NCBI GenBank assembly: GCA_046538485.1
Contig: JBKHIT010000014.1
Location: 23,083 to 87,082, forward strand
Direction of reading: 5' to 3'
DNA length: 64,000 bases
Origin: Candidatus Brocadiia bacterium
Lineage (GTDB): Bacteria; Planctomycetota; Brocadiia; SM23-32
The notes below the pieces were generated by a model, which did no database searches, was not told the DNA's origin, and saw only the letters and a list, made by a program, of their open reading frames with translations. Positions 20,059-31,015 of this stretch are shown here, piece by piece. A program made the position numbers and the translations under genes. Every line of letters starts with the position of its first letter. Position 1 is the stretch's first letter.

Positions 20059-23000
20059 ATGCAGAAGAGCCGATTTCCCTTCAGGCATATTTTTCTCGCG
20101 CACCAAATCATGTTCCGCCCCAGTTTGATGCCGCGTTTACGGCGGGGAAGAATTCTTCTGGCTGTTTTTGGACTATTTGTTTTTATCCTGTTCGCGCCGC
20201 CAAATTATGCTGCTGAAACTCCAAATTCGGCCGGTCCGGTTGCGCGGCTGGATACGCCGATATTTCGTATTCCTTTCACGAACAACCCGCCGACGATCGA
20301 CGGGCCGATGAAAGAAGGCGAGTGGCAGGATGCCTCCGCGCTATCGGGTTTTTGGTATGATTTTGCCGCTGCAAAATTCTTGTATCTGGCACCCAAAGAG
20401 ACCCAGCTTGAGGTCTATGGTGCTTACGATAAGGAAAATCTCTACATTGCATACACTTCACCTGTTTACCCGCCGGGTTCGTGGTTGAAAGCGCGCGGGC
20501 GCTTCCCTGATGTCACGCATCACCCCCGTTTTGGCATTATTTGGGACGACCACATCGAACTGGAGATACGGCCTTACCACGACAATGTCAAAGGGTTTCG
20601 CCTCGGGCTTTTCAAATGGTTTGTCAATCCGACGGGCACGGTTGCCGACCTTTATTGGTCTCAGAAGGGGGGAGAGCAGGGGAAATGGCTCTCCCAGATG
20701 AAAGCCCAGTGTAACGTAACGCCAGACCGCTGGACTCTGGAGATGGCGATTCCCCTCGAGCGACTTGTCCACGGGGCTTACGCGGGGCAGGAAAAGGATG
20801 GCGAAAAGTATGTCAAGCTTCCCCCCCCACCCGGAACCGCCTACCGGGTCTGGTTTACCCGCGGGATCGGTGGTAATGGTGGATTCTATAATGCTTTTGA
20901 CAACCACGTCTGGAATACGACGAAAACAAAAATGATTCTGGATCCCGATTGCGTCAGTTTCCAGATCAACGAGCTCGGGCCGATTATGGAAGACATTATT
21001 GATGTGCAGATGACTGTCAAAAACCACAGCAAGCGTTCGCAGACGCTGCGGTTGGGATTTTTCGCCGAGAGCGCAGCCGGGACGATCTATTCCAGTTACG
21101 AAAGCGGAAAATTGAGCGACGGGTTGCTGGAACTGGTCCCCGGTGAGGTCCGGAAAATCCGTCTGAAAAAGCCTTTCCCGGGAATCACTACGGTCGGTAA
21201 TACCCTCTGGTTCGATGTTCGCACCGCCGGTCGGCCAGCCAAACCGGTTTTCATGACGCGGCTCATTGATTTCCATTCTCAGGATGCGGATCTTATCCCC
21301 GAGGATGGGAAAGATTTCAAATCGCGCCGGCTCGACGTCATTGAAGAAGAGCTGCGTCCGCCCCGCCAGGACTTTGATTTCACATACAACTACTCGAAAT
21401 TCTCCAACCGTATCAGCGGTATTGTGGATATCGGGATCTACGGCGCCAGTAAGGAAGCAAAACGGGCTGTGGAAGCCAAACTGACGGTTCTGGATCGCAC
21501 GAAGGGTGGCGAAATCGTTACCAGCAAAAAGGAACCGTTTACAGGTAATTTCGCCTGTTTTCTTTTCGATATGCCGAAGTTGACCCCCGACCACACCTAC
21601 ACGGTCTCCGTCCTGCTTTTCGATGAGAACAAGAGGATTGTGGGGGAGGACAGATCCAATGAGTTCACTCCGGGAGGTGATTTCAAGCACGCGGAGAAAA
21701 TGAAAGAAAAAGGGCGGGAAGGGGTTGATATCGTCCCGGTCGAAGAATGGAAACACCACGAAATCGGGCTCGACGACGTTGTCTGGGAACCGTTCACCGA
21801 AATGAAAGTCGGTCCCGATGGATTTGAGACGCTCAAACATCGTTTCGATCTTGCGGACTCCGGCCTGCCGCAACAAATTTATATTAAACCGAACGCGTGG
21901 GATCTGCCCCTGGAGGAACGGGGACAGGATTCTCAATTAGAGGCTGAAGAACTGCAGAAAATCGGCAGAGGCCCGCAGCTGCGTCGCGCGATGCGCCTTG
22001 TGGTCAAGGCCGGGGACGAACGCTACCCGGCCAAAGTGACCAAAAAGGCCCGGTTGGTCAAAGAGTGGAAAAGCGAACTGGAGTATGGGTCAGAGCTCCA
22101 GGCCGGCCCGCTCAAGGTCAAACTGCGCACCCGCTACGACTGTGACGGTTCAATGCATTGTTCGCTGACATACGGTGCGGACAAGGCGGTTCAGGTGGAC
22201 GGATTTGAGTTGGTCACTGATGTGGGCGGGCCGGTTAATCTGGTGGCGAGCGGCATCTCCGGGGCCGGAATGGCCGGTTCCGATCGCTGGGAGTGCACGC
22301 TTCCGCACACAACGGGGGTGGTCTGGGATAGCGCCAATATCGAACCCCCCGACCTGTTCTACTCTCAGTTCGTCCCGTTCATCTTTTTCGGGACCGGTGA
22401 CCGTGGATTCACCTGGTATGCATCGTCGGATCGCTACTGGGAACTGGATCGAGATGGCTCCTCGATGATTCTCTCGCGCAACGCGCGCGGGGAAGTCACA
22501 TGGAGGGTAAAATTCGTCAATCATGCGAGCACCATCGAGGGACATCAGACGCTTCAGTTTCATGTGTTGACTCACCCTGCCAAACCAAAACCGAAAAATT
22601 ACAGGAAGATTTCCTGGCTTTACCGCGGGGATACCTGGGCGCTGGGGTATCAGGTTGAACCACTCGAACTGTCCGAGGAAGTTCTCAAAGAGCAATGGCG
22701 TTTTGCCGCGAGTGCGCCGGAAGATGTGCCTTTCGAGAAAGCGCATACGTGGCGGAAGGAAACCGCTCCATGGCGGCGTTTCGGGCGTTGGCGAAATGTC
22801 GGCGTGGCCCCGGGGCTGGACTATCGGTTCGAACAACGTCTGCTGTATTATTTCGAACGACAGATTCGTGTCGGTCGACGTCACGGATACTGGTGGGATG
22901 AATACTGGCCGGGGTTCGGGCGGTCGGACAATCTGGCGGAGGGTAATTCCTACCTTCGTGACCCGGAAGATGTGCGGGAGAAAGAACTCCCCTGGCAGAG

Positions 23001-23928
23001 CGGTTTCACCGGCGATCACATGCGCCGTGCCCAGAAAAGACTGGCGCGGGTCTCCGCCAAAAACAACGTTCCACAACGGCAATACCACTGGGCGAACAAC
23101 GCTGCCACCCTTTACGAATCGGTTGCCTGGGACTGCCAGCTTGTCGAAGAATGTGGGGCAGGACACCGATCTTTTGATCTCGATATCGTCACCCAGTTCC
23201 CCAGCAGTCTCTGGCGCTATGAGTCTCATCACTTTACCGGACTGGTGAGCCGTCTGGTTGCCGATCATCTGCCGACACGGGCAGGCGACGACTTGCGTCC
23301 CGAGCGCCAGTATTTTGGACGCGCGCTTCTCAATGATATCGGCGTTTGCTTCGATGGGCCTCACGGACGGTTCCATAACGTCGAACAGGGAATTCGTTTG
23401 ATCAATGAACTGACGGAATTTGGGTTTTTTGAAAGCACAGATACCGAACTGATTCCCTACTGGCGCAGCGAACATATCGTGCGGCTCGGCGAAGGCAGAC
23501 GCCAGGATTCTCATCTGTCGGCGTTGAGCGATCAGCTTCCAAGGGATCACCTCTATGTCACGGCCTACCGTCGGCCCATCGAAAAAAATGGGCAAAAGGG
23601 CTACAAAGTGCTTTTTGTGCTCATGAACGAATACGATGAACCGGTTCGCACGAAACTCCACATCCTGAAAGGCGAACGTCTTTTCGGAGGTCCCAACGAT
23701 CTACGGCTCAGCGATATGGTTTCTGAACTTTCCTTGCCGGAAGGCCTGAGCGCTGAAGATCTGGGCCGATGGGCCGGAGATGCGAAAGATACTCAGGTGC
23801 TGAAGAACCTGGAGAGCGGCGGGTTTGTCACGCGCTCCGAAGGTGACCCCGGCGAGACCTACGGCCCAATCTGGATCCCCCATCACAATTATCGCGTGTT
23901 TTACGGATATGCCCTGGCCGGAGAATGA
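20059..23928 (+). CDS. Large exported putative glycoside hydrolase (N-terminal CBM9/DOMON-like domain plus DUF6067-like region)
   Basis: TM/signal, PPTIDGPMKEGEWQDA, YDKENLY, WTLEMAIP; FFGTGDRGFTW; aromatic core GYWWDEYW. Confidence 0.7.
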   Translation: MQKSRFPFRHIFLAHQIMFRPSLMPRLRRGRILLAVFGLFVFILFAPPNYAAETPNSAGPVARLDTPIFRIPFTNNPPTIDGPMKEGEWQDASALSGFWYDFAAAKFLYLAPKETQLEVYGAYDKENLYIAYTSPVYPPGSWLKARGRFPDVTHHPRFGIIWDDHIELEIRPYHDNVKGFRLGLFKWFVNPTGTVADLYWSQKGGEQGKWLSQMKAQCNVTPDRWTLEMAIPLERLVHGAYAGQEKDGEKYVKLPPPPGTAYRVWFTRGIGGNGGFYNAFDNHVWNTTKTKMILDPDCVSFQINELGPIMEDIIDVQMTVKNHSKRSQTLRLGFFAESAAGTIYSSYESGKLSDGLLELVPGEVRKIRLKKPFPGITTVGNTLWFDVRTAGRPAKPVFMTRLIDFHSQDADLIPEDGKDFKSRRLDVIEEELRPPRQDFDFTYNYSKFSNRISGIVDIGIYGASKEAKRAVEAKLTVLDRTKGGEIVTSKKEPFTGNFACFLFDMPKLTPDHTYTVSVLLFDENKRIVGEDRSNEFTPGGDFKHAEKMKEKGREGVDIVPVEEWKHHEIGLDDVVWEPFTEMKVGPDGFETLKHRFDLADSGLPQQIYIKPNAWDLPLEERGQDSQLEAEELQKIGRGPQLRRAMRLVVKAGDERYPAKVTKKARLVKEWKSELEYGSELQAGPLKVKLRTRYDCDGSMHCSLTYGADKAVQVDGFELVTDVGGPVNLVASGISGAGMAGSDRWECTLPHTTGVVWDSANIEPPDLFYSQFVPFIFFGTGDRGFTWYASSDRYWELDRDGSSMILSRNARGEVTWRVKFVNHASTIEGHQTLQFHVLTHPAKPKPKNYRKISWLYRGDTWALGYQVEPLELSEEVLKEQWRFAASAPEDVPFEKAHTWRKETAPWRRFGRWRNVGVAPGLDYRFEQRLLYYFERQIRVGRRHGYWWDEYWPGFGRSDNLAEGNSYLRDPEDVREKELPWQSGFTGDHMRRAQKRLARVSAKNNVPQRQYHWANNAATLYESVAWDCQLVEECGAGHRSFDLDIVTQFPSSLWRYESHHFTGLVSRLVADHLPTRAGDDLRPERQYFGRALLNDIGVCFDGPHGRFHNVEQGIRLINELTEFGFFESTDTELIPYWRSEHIVRLGEGRRQDSHLSALSDQLPRDHLYVTAYRRPIEKNGQKGYKVLFVLMNEYDEPVRTKLHILKGERLFGGPNDLRLSDMVSELSLPEGLSAEDLGRWAGDAKDTQVLKNLESGGFVTRSEGDPGETYGPIWIPHHNYRVFYGYALAGE

Positions 23929-23955
23929 CTCTGTCGGCCACGAGAGGAGTGAAAA

Positions 23956-25809
23956 ATGATGAAAACTGCTAAGATCGTCCCGCTGGTGGTGTGCTTTGTT
24001 GTGGCGGTGGCCTCCGCCGCTGGCCCTCAAGCAAAGGAGCCGTTCCAACCTATCAGCGGTGAAGGGGATGCACTGGAAACCGTCAGGCATGAGTTCGCGA
24101 TCTCCGAGACGGGGCTCCCCGCTCAGATCGAAATTAAGGCTGCCAAACAGGAAATCCCCCCCGAGAAACGCAACAAGCCTCAGGAAGTCAGTGACCGTGA
24201 GCTGCTGCAGATCGGTCGCGGTAAGCAACTTCGATCTCCCATGCTCCTTCAGGCCACAGTGGAGGGAAAAGCCGCCGAAATCGACCTGAAAAAACCGGCC
24301 AAACTGACCGATGAAAATGCCGATCAGCGCACCTACAAAGCGCGATTCCAGACCGGGCCCGTTGTTGTGGATCTGACAATGCAATACCAGTGCGATGGCT
24401 CTATGATCGGCGAGATCGAATACCGCGCAAAAGGACAACGGATCGATTCCCTGGAGCTGATACTGCCGCTTTCAGGACCCGTCACACTCGCCTGGGCCGG
24501 ACCTCGACCGGGGAAAAAAGGAATCAAAAGCACGCGCGGGCTCAATCCCGCGGTCCCCGGCGACCTCGATAAAGTGGTGTGGGATAATACCTCCGATGCG
24601 AAAATGCGGGCCGCGAATGAGTCGTTCGCCGGTTACCTTTTCTTTGGCAGCCGCGACCGGGGTTTCACGTGGATTTGCCAGAATAAGAAAGGCTGGCAGA
24701 TTGATTCCTCTCAGCCGATGATGACCATGAAACGGGACGAAGCGGGGGCTCTGACCTGGCGAGCGAAATTGGTGAATCACCCGATGAATCTGAAAGGGAA
24801 ACACCGGGTCAAATTCGGGCTGATGGTTCATCCCGCCCGGCCCCGGCTGGAGGACCGACGTGAAAAACAATGGTTTCAATGGCCTGTGAAAGAGACTCCG
24901 CGACAGATCAGCCCTTTGGAGTTTTCTCTTGCTGATCGACAAAAAGCTTTCGCGGAAAAACCGGAAGTGCTCAGTGCTCTGACCGGCCCGGCTCTTGAAT
25001 CGTGCTCCCCGTATATGGAGCTGACGGGGCAAGCCGGGGCTGCGATGATATCGCCGGAGAAGGACACCGTGGATCTTTATCCGGAGCCGCTTTTTTCTGT
25101 TCTGGCCGGATCGTATACCGGCCTGACAACGCGCATTCGTCCGAACGTGCGCGAAGTCGTCGCAGCGGGTGATAATCCGGCATACGACCGCCAGATTCTG
25201 GGGCGGGCGCTGTTGCATGATATCGGCGCCTCACTTCAGGGAATGTCCCAGCCTGTGCATTACGTCAGGTTGCTGCGGATTCTGAAGGATTTCGGGTTTT
25301 TCGATGCAGCGCAGATAGAAGTCCTGCCCTACTGGCAGAATGGTGAATATGTTCGATACGGAGAACAGTATGAGAAGGAAGACGCTTTTGAAGTTACCAG
25401 CGAGAATCCTGCGTCAGGAGTGCGCGTGACGGTTTTCCGTCGTCCGCGAGACGAGGGCGGATACGAAGCGCTGTTTGTGGTTATGAACGAACGTGAAAAT
25501 GACGTGCGCCAGCGGCTGTATGTTCTGGACCCCGGTCGCATATTCGGCGGGACCAACCAGTTCGAGCTGGCGGATGCTGCAAAGGGACTTGATTTCAGCG
25601 GAGTTCCTGATGACAGCGATTGGCGGCGCGGCAAAGTGATCGGGGCTGTGAAGGGAAGGGGTAAAAAATCTCGAATGGCTCTGAAAGATCTGGAGAGTGG
25701 GGGGGCTGTGCGGGCGCCCAAAAACCAGCCGGCGGGGGCGGAGGTCTACGGTCCGCTTTTCGTAAGATCCCATAATTATCGTATACTATATGGACACGGG
25801 GGAAAATGA
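23956..25809 (+). CDS. Exported shorter paralogue of 20059..23928
   Basis: Signal peptide. Shares GLPxQIxIK, IGRGxQLR, YxCDGSM, FFGxxDRGFTW, GRALLxDIG and YGPxxxxxHNYR with the upstream gene. Confidence 0.8.
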   Translation: MMKTAKIVPLVVCFVVAVASAAGPQAKEPFQPISGEGDALETVRHEFAISETGLPAQIEIKAAKQEIPPEKRNKPQEVSDRELLQIGRGKQLRSPMLLQATVEGKAAEIDLKKPAKLTDENADQRTYKARFQTGPVVVDLTMQYQCDGSMIGEIEYRAKGQRIDSLELILPLSGPVTLAWAGPRPGKKGIKSTRGLNPAVPGDLDKVVWDNTSDAKMRAANESFAGYLFFGSRDRGFTWICQNKKGWQIDSSQPMMTMKRDEAGALTWRAKLVNHPMNLKGKHRVKFGLMVHPARPRLEDRREKQWFQWPVKETPRQISPLEFSLADRQKAFAEKPEVLSALTGPALESCSPYMELTGQAGAAMISPEKDTVDLYPEPLFSVLAGSYTGLTTRIRPNVREVVAAGDNPAYDRQILGRALLHDIGASLQGMSQPVHYVRLLRILKDFGFFDAAQIEVLPYWQNGEYVRYGEQYEKEDAFEVTSENPASGVRVTVFRRPRDEGGYEALFVVMNERENDVRQRLYVLDPGRIFGGTNQFELADAAKGLDFSGVPDDSDWRRGKVIGAVKGRGKKSRMALKDLESGGAVRAPKNQPAGAEVYGPLFVRSHNYRILYGHGGK

Positions 25810-25843
25810 TCCGGACCCATTTTTGGTGATGGAGGTAACAAAA

Positions 25844-26749
25844 ATGCAAAGAATTCTATCCTTCTGTATCGCGCTGGCTCTCTCTTGCGCTTTTCTGGCG
25901 CCGATAGCGACCCCTGCAGAGAAGGAGGAGAAGTCGGCAGAAGGAAAAATCAAAGGTCACCGCACGATTGTTCTGAAGAAAGGCGATGAGATCCCCCGGG
26001 ATTTTCATCAACGGCAGGGGCCCGCCGGGATCATCCGCCAGATCGAGCAATTTATGGAAAAGCTTCCCGAAGACCACACGGCAAAAATAGTCATCGGGAA
26101 ATTTCTCAACCAGAATTACGGGGGATACGACGACAGAATTGACCGGATGGTTATGCTTGGTCCCGATGGTAAGAAAGATGGCCTGGAGAAAACGTATGCC
26201 GGCGGGGGCGAAGGTGGGGGAGGGTTGAAACGCGAAATTCAATGGAAAGACGGCATTCGCCATGGAACGGAAAAAGTTTATTCACGTGGGCCCGGTCACG
26301 GGCTCTACGTTCAGGAGACGATCCCCTGGGTGAAAGGGAAGGTGCATGGAACGGTGCAGGTTTTTTACCCGGACGGCGAGGTGATGGCGAAAGTACCCTA
26401 CGTGCACGGGAAACAAGAAGGCGTGAGCAAAAGTTTCAGCGAGGAAGGCAAACTCACACAGGTTGTTCTTTATAAGAAGGGGAAGCGTGAGGGGAAAATG
26501 ATCCAGTACTGGCCGAAGACCGGCAAAAAGAAAAAAGTGGTCCCGTGTGAAAACGGTATGGTCGACGGCACAGCTCGTTTGTTCTACGATGATGGCACTT
26601 TAAAGGCCGAAATGCCGTTTCGCGAGGATACACTCCACGGGGTGGAGAAACGATACGACGAGGACGGCGAACTCCAACGCAAACGATATTGGCTTGATGG
26701 CGAGCTGGTCCCCGAGGGTGTTTTCAAAGATAAATACAAAAAGGATTAG
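25844..26749 (+). CDS. Exported MORN-variant/YwqK-like repeat protein
   Basis: RBS GGAGGT, signal peptide, repeated (W/Y)xxGxxHGxxxxYYxxG units. Confidence 0.85.
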   Translation: MQRILSFCIALALSCAFLAPIATPAEKEEKSAEGKIKGHRTIVLKKGDEIPRDFHQRQGPAGIIRQIEQFMEKLPEDHTAKIVIGKFLNQNYGGYDDRIDRMVMLGPDGKKDGLEKTYAGGGEGGGGLKREIQWKDGIRHGTEKVYSRGPGHGLYVQETIPWVKGKVHGTVQVFYPDGEVMAKVPYVHGKQEGVSKSFSEEGKLTQVVLYKKGKREGKMIQYWPKTGKKKKVVPCENGMVDGTARLFYDDGTLKAEMPFREDTLHGVEKRYDEDGELQRKRYWLDGELVPEGVFKDKYKKD

Positions 26750-26813
26750 AACCCGTCACCGCGGTTTTTGGCGTGTTGCGGAAAACTTTTTTGATCGCAA
26801 GTGAGGATGGTGG

Positions 26814-27827
26814 ATGGAAACAAAAATTGAACCGTCTGTTGCCGACGAATTTTCGGATTTGATCGATGCTGTCAAGCACGAAATCCACAAGGTGATCGTG
26901 GGTCAGGAACAGCTCGTCAATCAAACTCTCCAGTGCATTTTCTGCCATAATCACGCGCTCCTGATGGGGGTGCCTGGTCTGGCTAAGACATTGCTGGTGA
27001 CGACGATATCGGAGGTCATGGGGGTGAGTTTCCGGCGTATACAGTTTACCCCTGACCTGATGCCGTCGGATATCACCGGCACGGAAGTCCTGCAGGAGGA
27101 TCCGGAGAGCGGTCAGCGGGTTTTTGAGTTCGTGGAAGGGCCGCTTTTTGCTAACATGATTCTGGCGGATGAGATCAACCGGACCCCACCAAAGACGCAG
27201 GCCGCGCTTCTGGAGGCCATGCAGGAGAAGCAGGTGACGATCGGCAATACGAAATATTCGCTCAACCTCCCCTTCTTTGTGCTGGCCACTCAGAACCCGA
27301 TCGAACAGGAAGGCACGTATAATCTCCCCGAAGCCCAGCTCGACCGTTTCATGTATCTGATCAAGGTGGATTATCCCGAAACCGACGAGGAGATCGAGGT
27401 TCTTAAGCGGACAACGACAAATTATAGTGCGCAACCTGAGCAGATTATGGAAGGGGAAGATATCCTCCGTTATCAGAAAGTCATCCGCGATGTCCTCGTG
27501 CGCGATGATCTCTATGATTACGTGCTGAAACTGGTGCAGGCAACGAGGGTGGGTAAAGATTACTGTCTGCCGTATGTGGACAAATGGGTGTCCTGGGGAG
27601 CGGGACCCCGCGCGTGCCAGTATCTGCTGTTCGGTTCCAAGGCCCGGGCGTTCTTCCAGGGTCGTCCCCATATTACCACGGAAGATATTCAGGCCGTGGC
27701 GAAACCGGTTATGCGGCATCGGGTTCTGGTGAACTATGCCGCGATCTCCGAAGGATTGTCCTCCGATGACGTCGTCGAACGTATCCTTGAAGAAGTGCCG
27801 GCTCCCGGCGAAACAGTCAAAGCCTGA
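26814..27827 (+). CDS. moxR: MoxR family AAA+ ATPase
   Basis: VIVGQE, GVPGLAKT (Walker A), RIQFTPDLMPSDITG, LADEINRTPPKTQAALLEAMQE, ATQNPIEQEGTY. Confidence 0.96.
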   Translation: METKIEPSVADEFSDLIDAVKHEIHKVIVGQEQLVNQTLQCIFCHNHALLMGVPGLAKTLLVTTISEVMGVSFRRIQFTPDLMPSDITGTEVLQEDPESGQRVFEFVEGPLFANMILADEINRTPPKTQAALLEAMQEKQVTIGNTKYSLNLPFFVLATQNPIEQEGTYNLPEAQLDRFMYLIKVDYPETDEEIEVLKRTTTNYSAQPEQIMEGEDILRYQKVIRDVLVRDDLYDYVLKLVQATRVGKDYCLPYVDKWVSWGAGPRACQYLLFGSKARAFFQGRPHITTEDIQAVAKPVMRHRVLVNYAAISEGLSSDDVVERILEEVPAPGETVKA

Positions 27828-27838
27828 GAGGACTTTCC

Positions 27839-28771
27839 GTGAGCCAATCGTCACAGTCACCTGACAGCGAACCTCGTTCCTTTGAGGAGATTCTGTCTCC
27901 CGAAGCAAAGGAAAGCCTCGAACACCTCCAGCTTTTCGCCCGCCGTACAGTCGAGGGCATTCTCCACGGGATCCATACCAGCCGCCGGATCGGTGTCAGC
28001 ACTGATTTCGACCATCATAAAGAATACCAACCGGGTGACCCTCTCAAGCATATGGACTGGAAGGCTTCGGCACGGCAGGACCGGTATTACATCAAGCGGT
28101 ACGTGGAGGACACGGCCCTGACCGTCCGTTTTGTTGTGGACCGCAGCGCCTCAATGTTGCGTTCGACCGACGAGGGACCCAGCAAGTATACTCAGGCGTG
28201 CCGCGTGGCGGCTTCCCTCGCTTACCTTGTGCTGCGCGAACGCGATTCAGCCGGGCTGGTTCTGACCACCTCGGAAGAAACCCGATGGCTGCCGCCCAGC
28301 TCCCGCGGCGACCAGCTCGTTGTGTTTTTAAGCGAACTTGCCAGAAGCAAGCCCGCCGAACAGGATAGTGTGGCTACATGCCTGAGGACAATCCTCGAAC
28401 GCGGGGAGAAGAAAGGGCTGGTTGTGACGGTTTCCGACCTGATGTTTGATCCCGAACCGGCCCAGCGGCAACTGGCCAGCCTGATGGCGCAGGGCCACGA
28501 AGCCCTGGTTTTCCAGCTGAGAGATCCTACCGAAGAAGACTTTCCGTTCAACAGGTGGGTCCAGTTCGAAAACCTCGAGGACACCTCTGTCAGCCACAGG
28601 ATCGACGCGATACCGCTGAAGAAGATCTACCGGGAGGAGTATCAGAACCTCGTGGAAAACTGGCAAGGGTGGGCCAAGAAACATGGAGCCCACTTTGTGA
28701 CATTCCGGACCGACCAGCGGGTGGAAACCGCACTGTCAGAGTATCTCAGGTTCCGCGAACGGCGCGGGTAA
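27839..28771 (+). CDS. DUF58 domain protein (MoxR-associated, vWA-like)
   Basis: G.H.S…G.S.DF..HKEYQPGDPLKHMDWKASAR, VVDRSASM. Confidence 0.92.
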   Translation: MSQSSQSPDSEPRSFEEILSPEAKESLEHLQLFARRTVEGILHGIHTSRRIGVSTDFDHHKEYQPGDPLKHMDWKASARQDRYYIKRYVEDTALTVRFVVDRSASMLRSTDEGPSKYTQACRVAASLAYLVLRERDSAGLVLTTSEETRWLPPSSRGDQLVVFLSELARSKPAEQDSVATCLRTILERGEKKGLVVTVSDLMFDPEPAQRQLASLMAQGHEALVFQLRDPTEEDFPFNRWVQFENLEDTSVSHRIDAIPLKKIYREEYQNLVENWQGWAKKHGAHFVTFRTDQRVETALSEYLRFRERRG

Positions 28772-28834
28772 GAGACCGTCCGTGTGGAACCCTCAAGACC
28801 CTGACGAATCCGCCGGCCTATTTTCTGGTGACCG

Positions 28835-31006
28835 ATGAATTTCGTTAACCCAACAATTCTGTGGGCATTGCCTTTCGGGCTGATGCCTGTCATTATCTAT
28901 TACCTGATGCGTTACCGCTCGATGCGCGTTGGGTGGGGGGCGAATTATGTCCTCGAACGCGCCCTGGAACGGTTGCGGAAAAAACTCTACCTCGACCAGC
29001 TGATCTTGATCGCAATCCGTGTGCTGTCCTGTCTGCTGCTGGTGGTGGCGTTTGCCCGCCCGATATCCCGCACCGTCGGCGCCCGCATTTCGGGCAGCGG
29101 CCGTCACCATGTGATTATAGTCGATGGATCCTATAGCATGCGCGCCGGGGAAAGCGGCCAGACGCGCTGGGATCGGGCCAAAGAAACGATGAAGAAACTG
29201 GTCTCGAGCTGGGGGCGCGGGGAAAAATGGTCCCTTCTGGTTCTGGGACAATCGGGGGCCAGGGAAGATTCCCGCCGGGGAAAATGGGTTGTCGAGGAAG
29301 CAACGATCAAATCCCAACAGGATGCGATCTCGCAGATTGAGAGCCTGCAACCCGGGGAGTCAGCTTCGTCAATTCGGCGCGCTCTGCAGGACGTGCGCGA
29401 AAAATACGGAGCCGATCCCATTGATGTATATCTTTTTGCGGACGATCAGGCCAGTGCCTGGAAAGAACTCGAAGAATTCCTCGGATCGGGGCGAAACTCC
29501 ATTCTCGAAAACGAATCTGGCAAACCCGTCAGTGTCTCCTGGATTAACCCACCGCTTCGCGAGCGCACCAACCTCGCCGTTACCCAGCTGCGCCCCCCCT
29601 CAGATGTGATCCTGGCCGGTCACCCAACGAGAATCTTCGTTGCCGTGCAGAACTTCTCCTCCGAACCCGTGAACGATATCGAAGTGTCGCTGCTTCGCGG
29701 CGGCGCACACATTGGAAAAGATACCATCTCCCTGCTACCCGGCCAGACCCGATGGCTGCACATCGACGTGAAGCTGAAGACGCCCGGATCCCACGTTCTG
29801 ACGGCCCGGCTGGGCAAAGACGCGCTTGCTTTCGATAACCGGATGAGCGCGGGTATCCAGGTGCGGGAAGAGATTTCCGTCCTGGTTTTGCGCGACAAAG
29901 ACGTGACGGGCAAGTTTGAATCGGCGTGGAGTTTCCTGGAAATCGCGAAGCAAATACAGGAGATCAAAAAGGACGGTGAGCGCATCTTTCGCATGGGCCC
30001 CCTCAAGTTTGCGCTGTGCCCGGGCGAATGCCCCCCGGAAGAACTGAAAAATAGCGATATTGTTTTCCTTGACGGGGGAAAGACGGTTTCGAAGGAACTC
30101 GCCGAACGGCTCAGCCAATGGGTGAACCGCGGAGGAGGACTCGTGCTGTCGGCGGACGAGACGGTCGAGAAGGACCGCTGGAACGAAGCCTTCGGCCAGA
30201 GCGGGCTGTTACCGGGCCAGCTCGGAAAACTGCGTGCCGAGAGCCTTGGAGGAGATACGTTCCGGTCATTGTCACGGGCTCGGTTCAACTCGTCGGCTTT
30301 CCGCATTTTTGAGACCACCGACCAGGGCAATGTTTCTGATGCAAAGATCTATGCCTGGCATGAAATAGCTGCGCTTGACGAAAACGCTACCGTCCTGATG
30401 GAATATGACGACCAATCGCCTTTTGCCGTGGCCCGGCGGAAGGGCGTGGGTCGAGTTGTGCTTCTGACAGCCGGCCTGAGTGGACGCAGCAGTAACCTGG
30501 TTGTGCGCGAGTTCTACCTGCCCCTGGTTTATCGCCTTTTTGATGCGGCTGCCGCCGGAACGGTGTACCCTCGGACGGTGAGCACGGGAGAGGATCTGAA
30601 GTTGCTTTTGGAGGATCCGGAAAATCTCCGGGCTGTTACCTATCACCGGGAAGACGGGCGACCCGTCCCGCTTGAGCCTGTCGAGCGCGATGGCTCCACT
30701 GAAGTGGTGGTTGGGTCGGTTCAACACAGCGGTTCGTCCTCAATCCTTCAGGTCCGCCAGGGCGGCACCTCGCGCGTGTGGTACGGAGTTCAGGGACCGC
30801 GGGATGATTCTGATCTGCGGGCGATGGCCCCACAGCTCCGCTCCGCATTGGAAAAATCCCCCAACGTCGCCGAGGTCAGTGGCTGGGCTGAGCTGGAAGA
30901 GATTCTGAAAGAAAAAACTCGCGGATCGGAATGGCACCATTGGGTCGTAGCGGCGCTTCTGTTGCTGCTGGTCGGCGAAATGTTCGTTGAACGAAGATTT
31001 GTGTGA
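28835..31006 (+). CDS. BatA/vWA domain membrane protein
   Basis: N-terminal MNFVNPTILWAL…PVIIY (BatA-type), AFARP, IVDGSYSM (MIDAS-like), C-terminal TM. Confidence 0.85.
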   Translation: MNFVNPTILWALPFGLMPVIIYYLMRYRSMRVGWGANYVLERALERLRKKLYLDQLILIAIRVLSCLLLVVAFARPISRTVGARISGSGRHHVIIVDGSYSMRAGESGQTRWDRAKETMKKLVSSWGRGEKWSLLVLGQSGAREDSRRGKWVVEEATIKSQQDAISQIESLQPGESASSIRRALQDVREKYGADPIDVYLFADDQASAWKELEEFLGSGRNSILENESGKPVSVSWINPPLRERTNLAVTQLRPPSDVILAGHPTRIFVAVQNFSSEPVNDIEVSLLRGGAHIGKDTISLLPGQTRWLHIDVKLKTPGSHVLTARLGKDALAFDNRMSAGIQVREEISVLVLRDKDVTGKFESAWSFLEIAKQIQEIKKDGERIFRMGPLKFALCPGECPPEELKNSDIVFLDGGKTVSKELAERLSQWVNRGGGLVLSADETVEKDRWNEAFGQSGLLPGQLGKLRAESLGGDTFRSLSRARFNSSAFRIFETTDQGNVSDAKIYAWHEIAALDENATVLMEYDDQSPFAVARRKGVGRVVLLTAGLSGRSSNLVVREFYLPLVYRLFDAAAAGTVYPRTVSTGEDLKLLLEDPENLRAVTYHREDGRPVPLEPVERDGSTEVVVGSVQHSGSSSILQVRQGGTSRVWYGVQGPRDDSDLRAMAPQLRSALEKSPNVAEVSGWAELEEILKEKTRGSEWHHWVVAALLLLLVGEMFVERRFV

Positions 31007-31015
31007 GGCTATAGA

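Noticed and set aside
25844..26749. Toxin-antitoxin system implied by YwqK-like repeats
   Set aside because: The protein has a signal peptide and no adjacent toxin; these are generic MORN-variant repeats.
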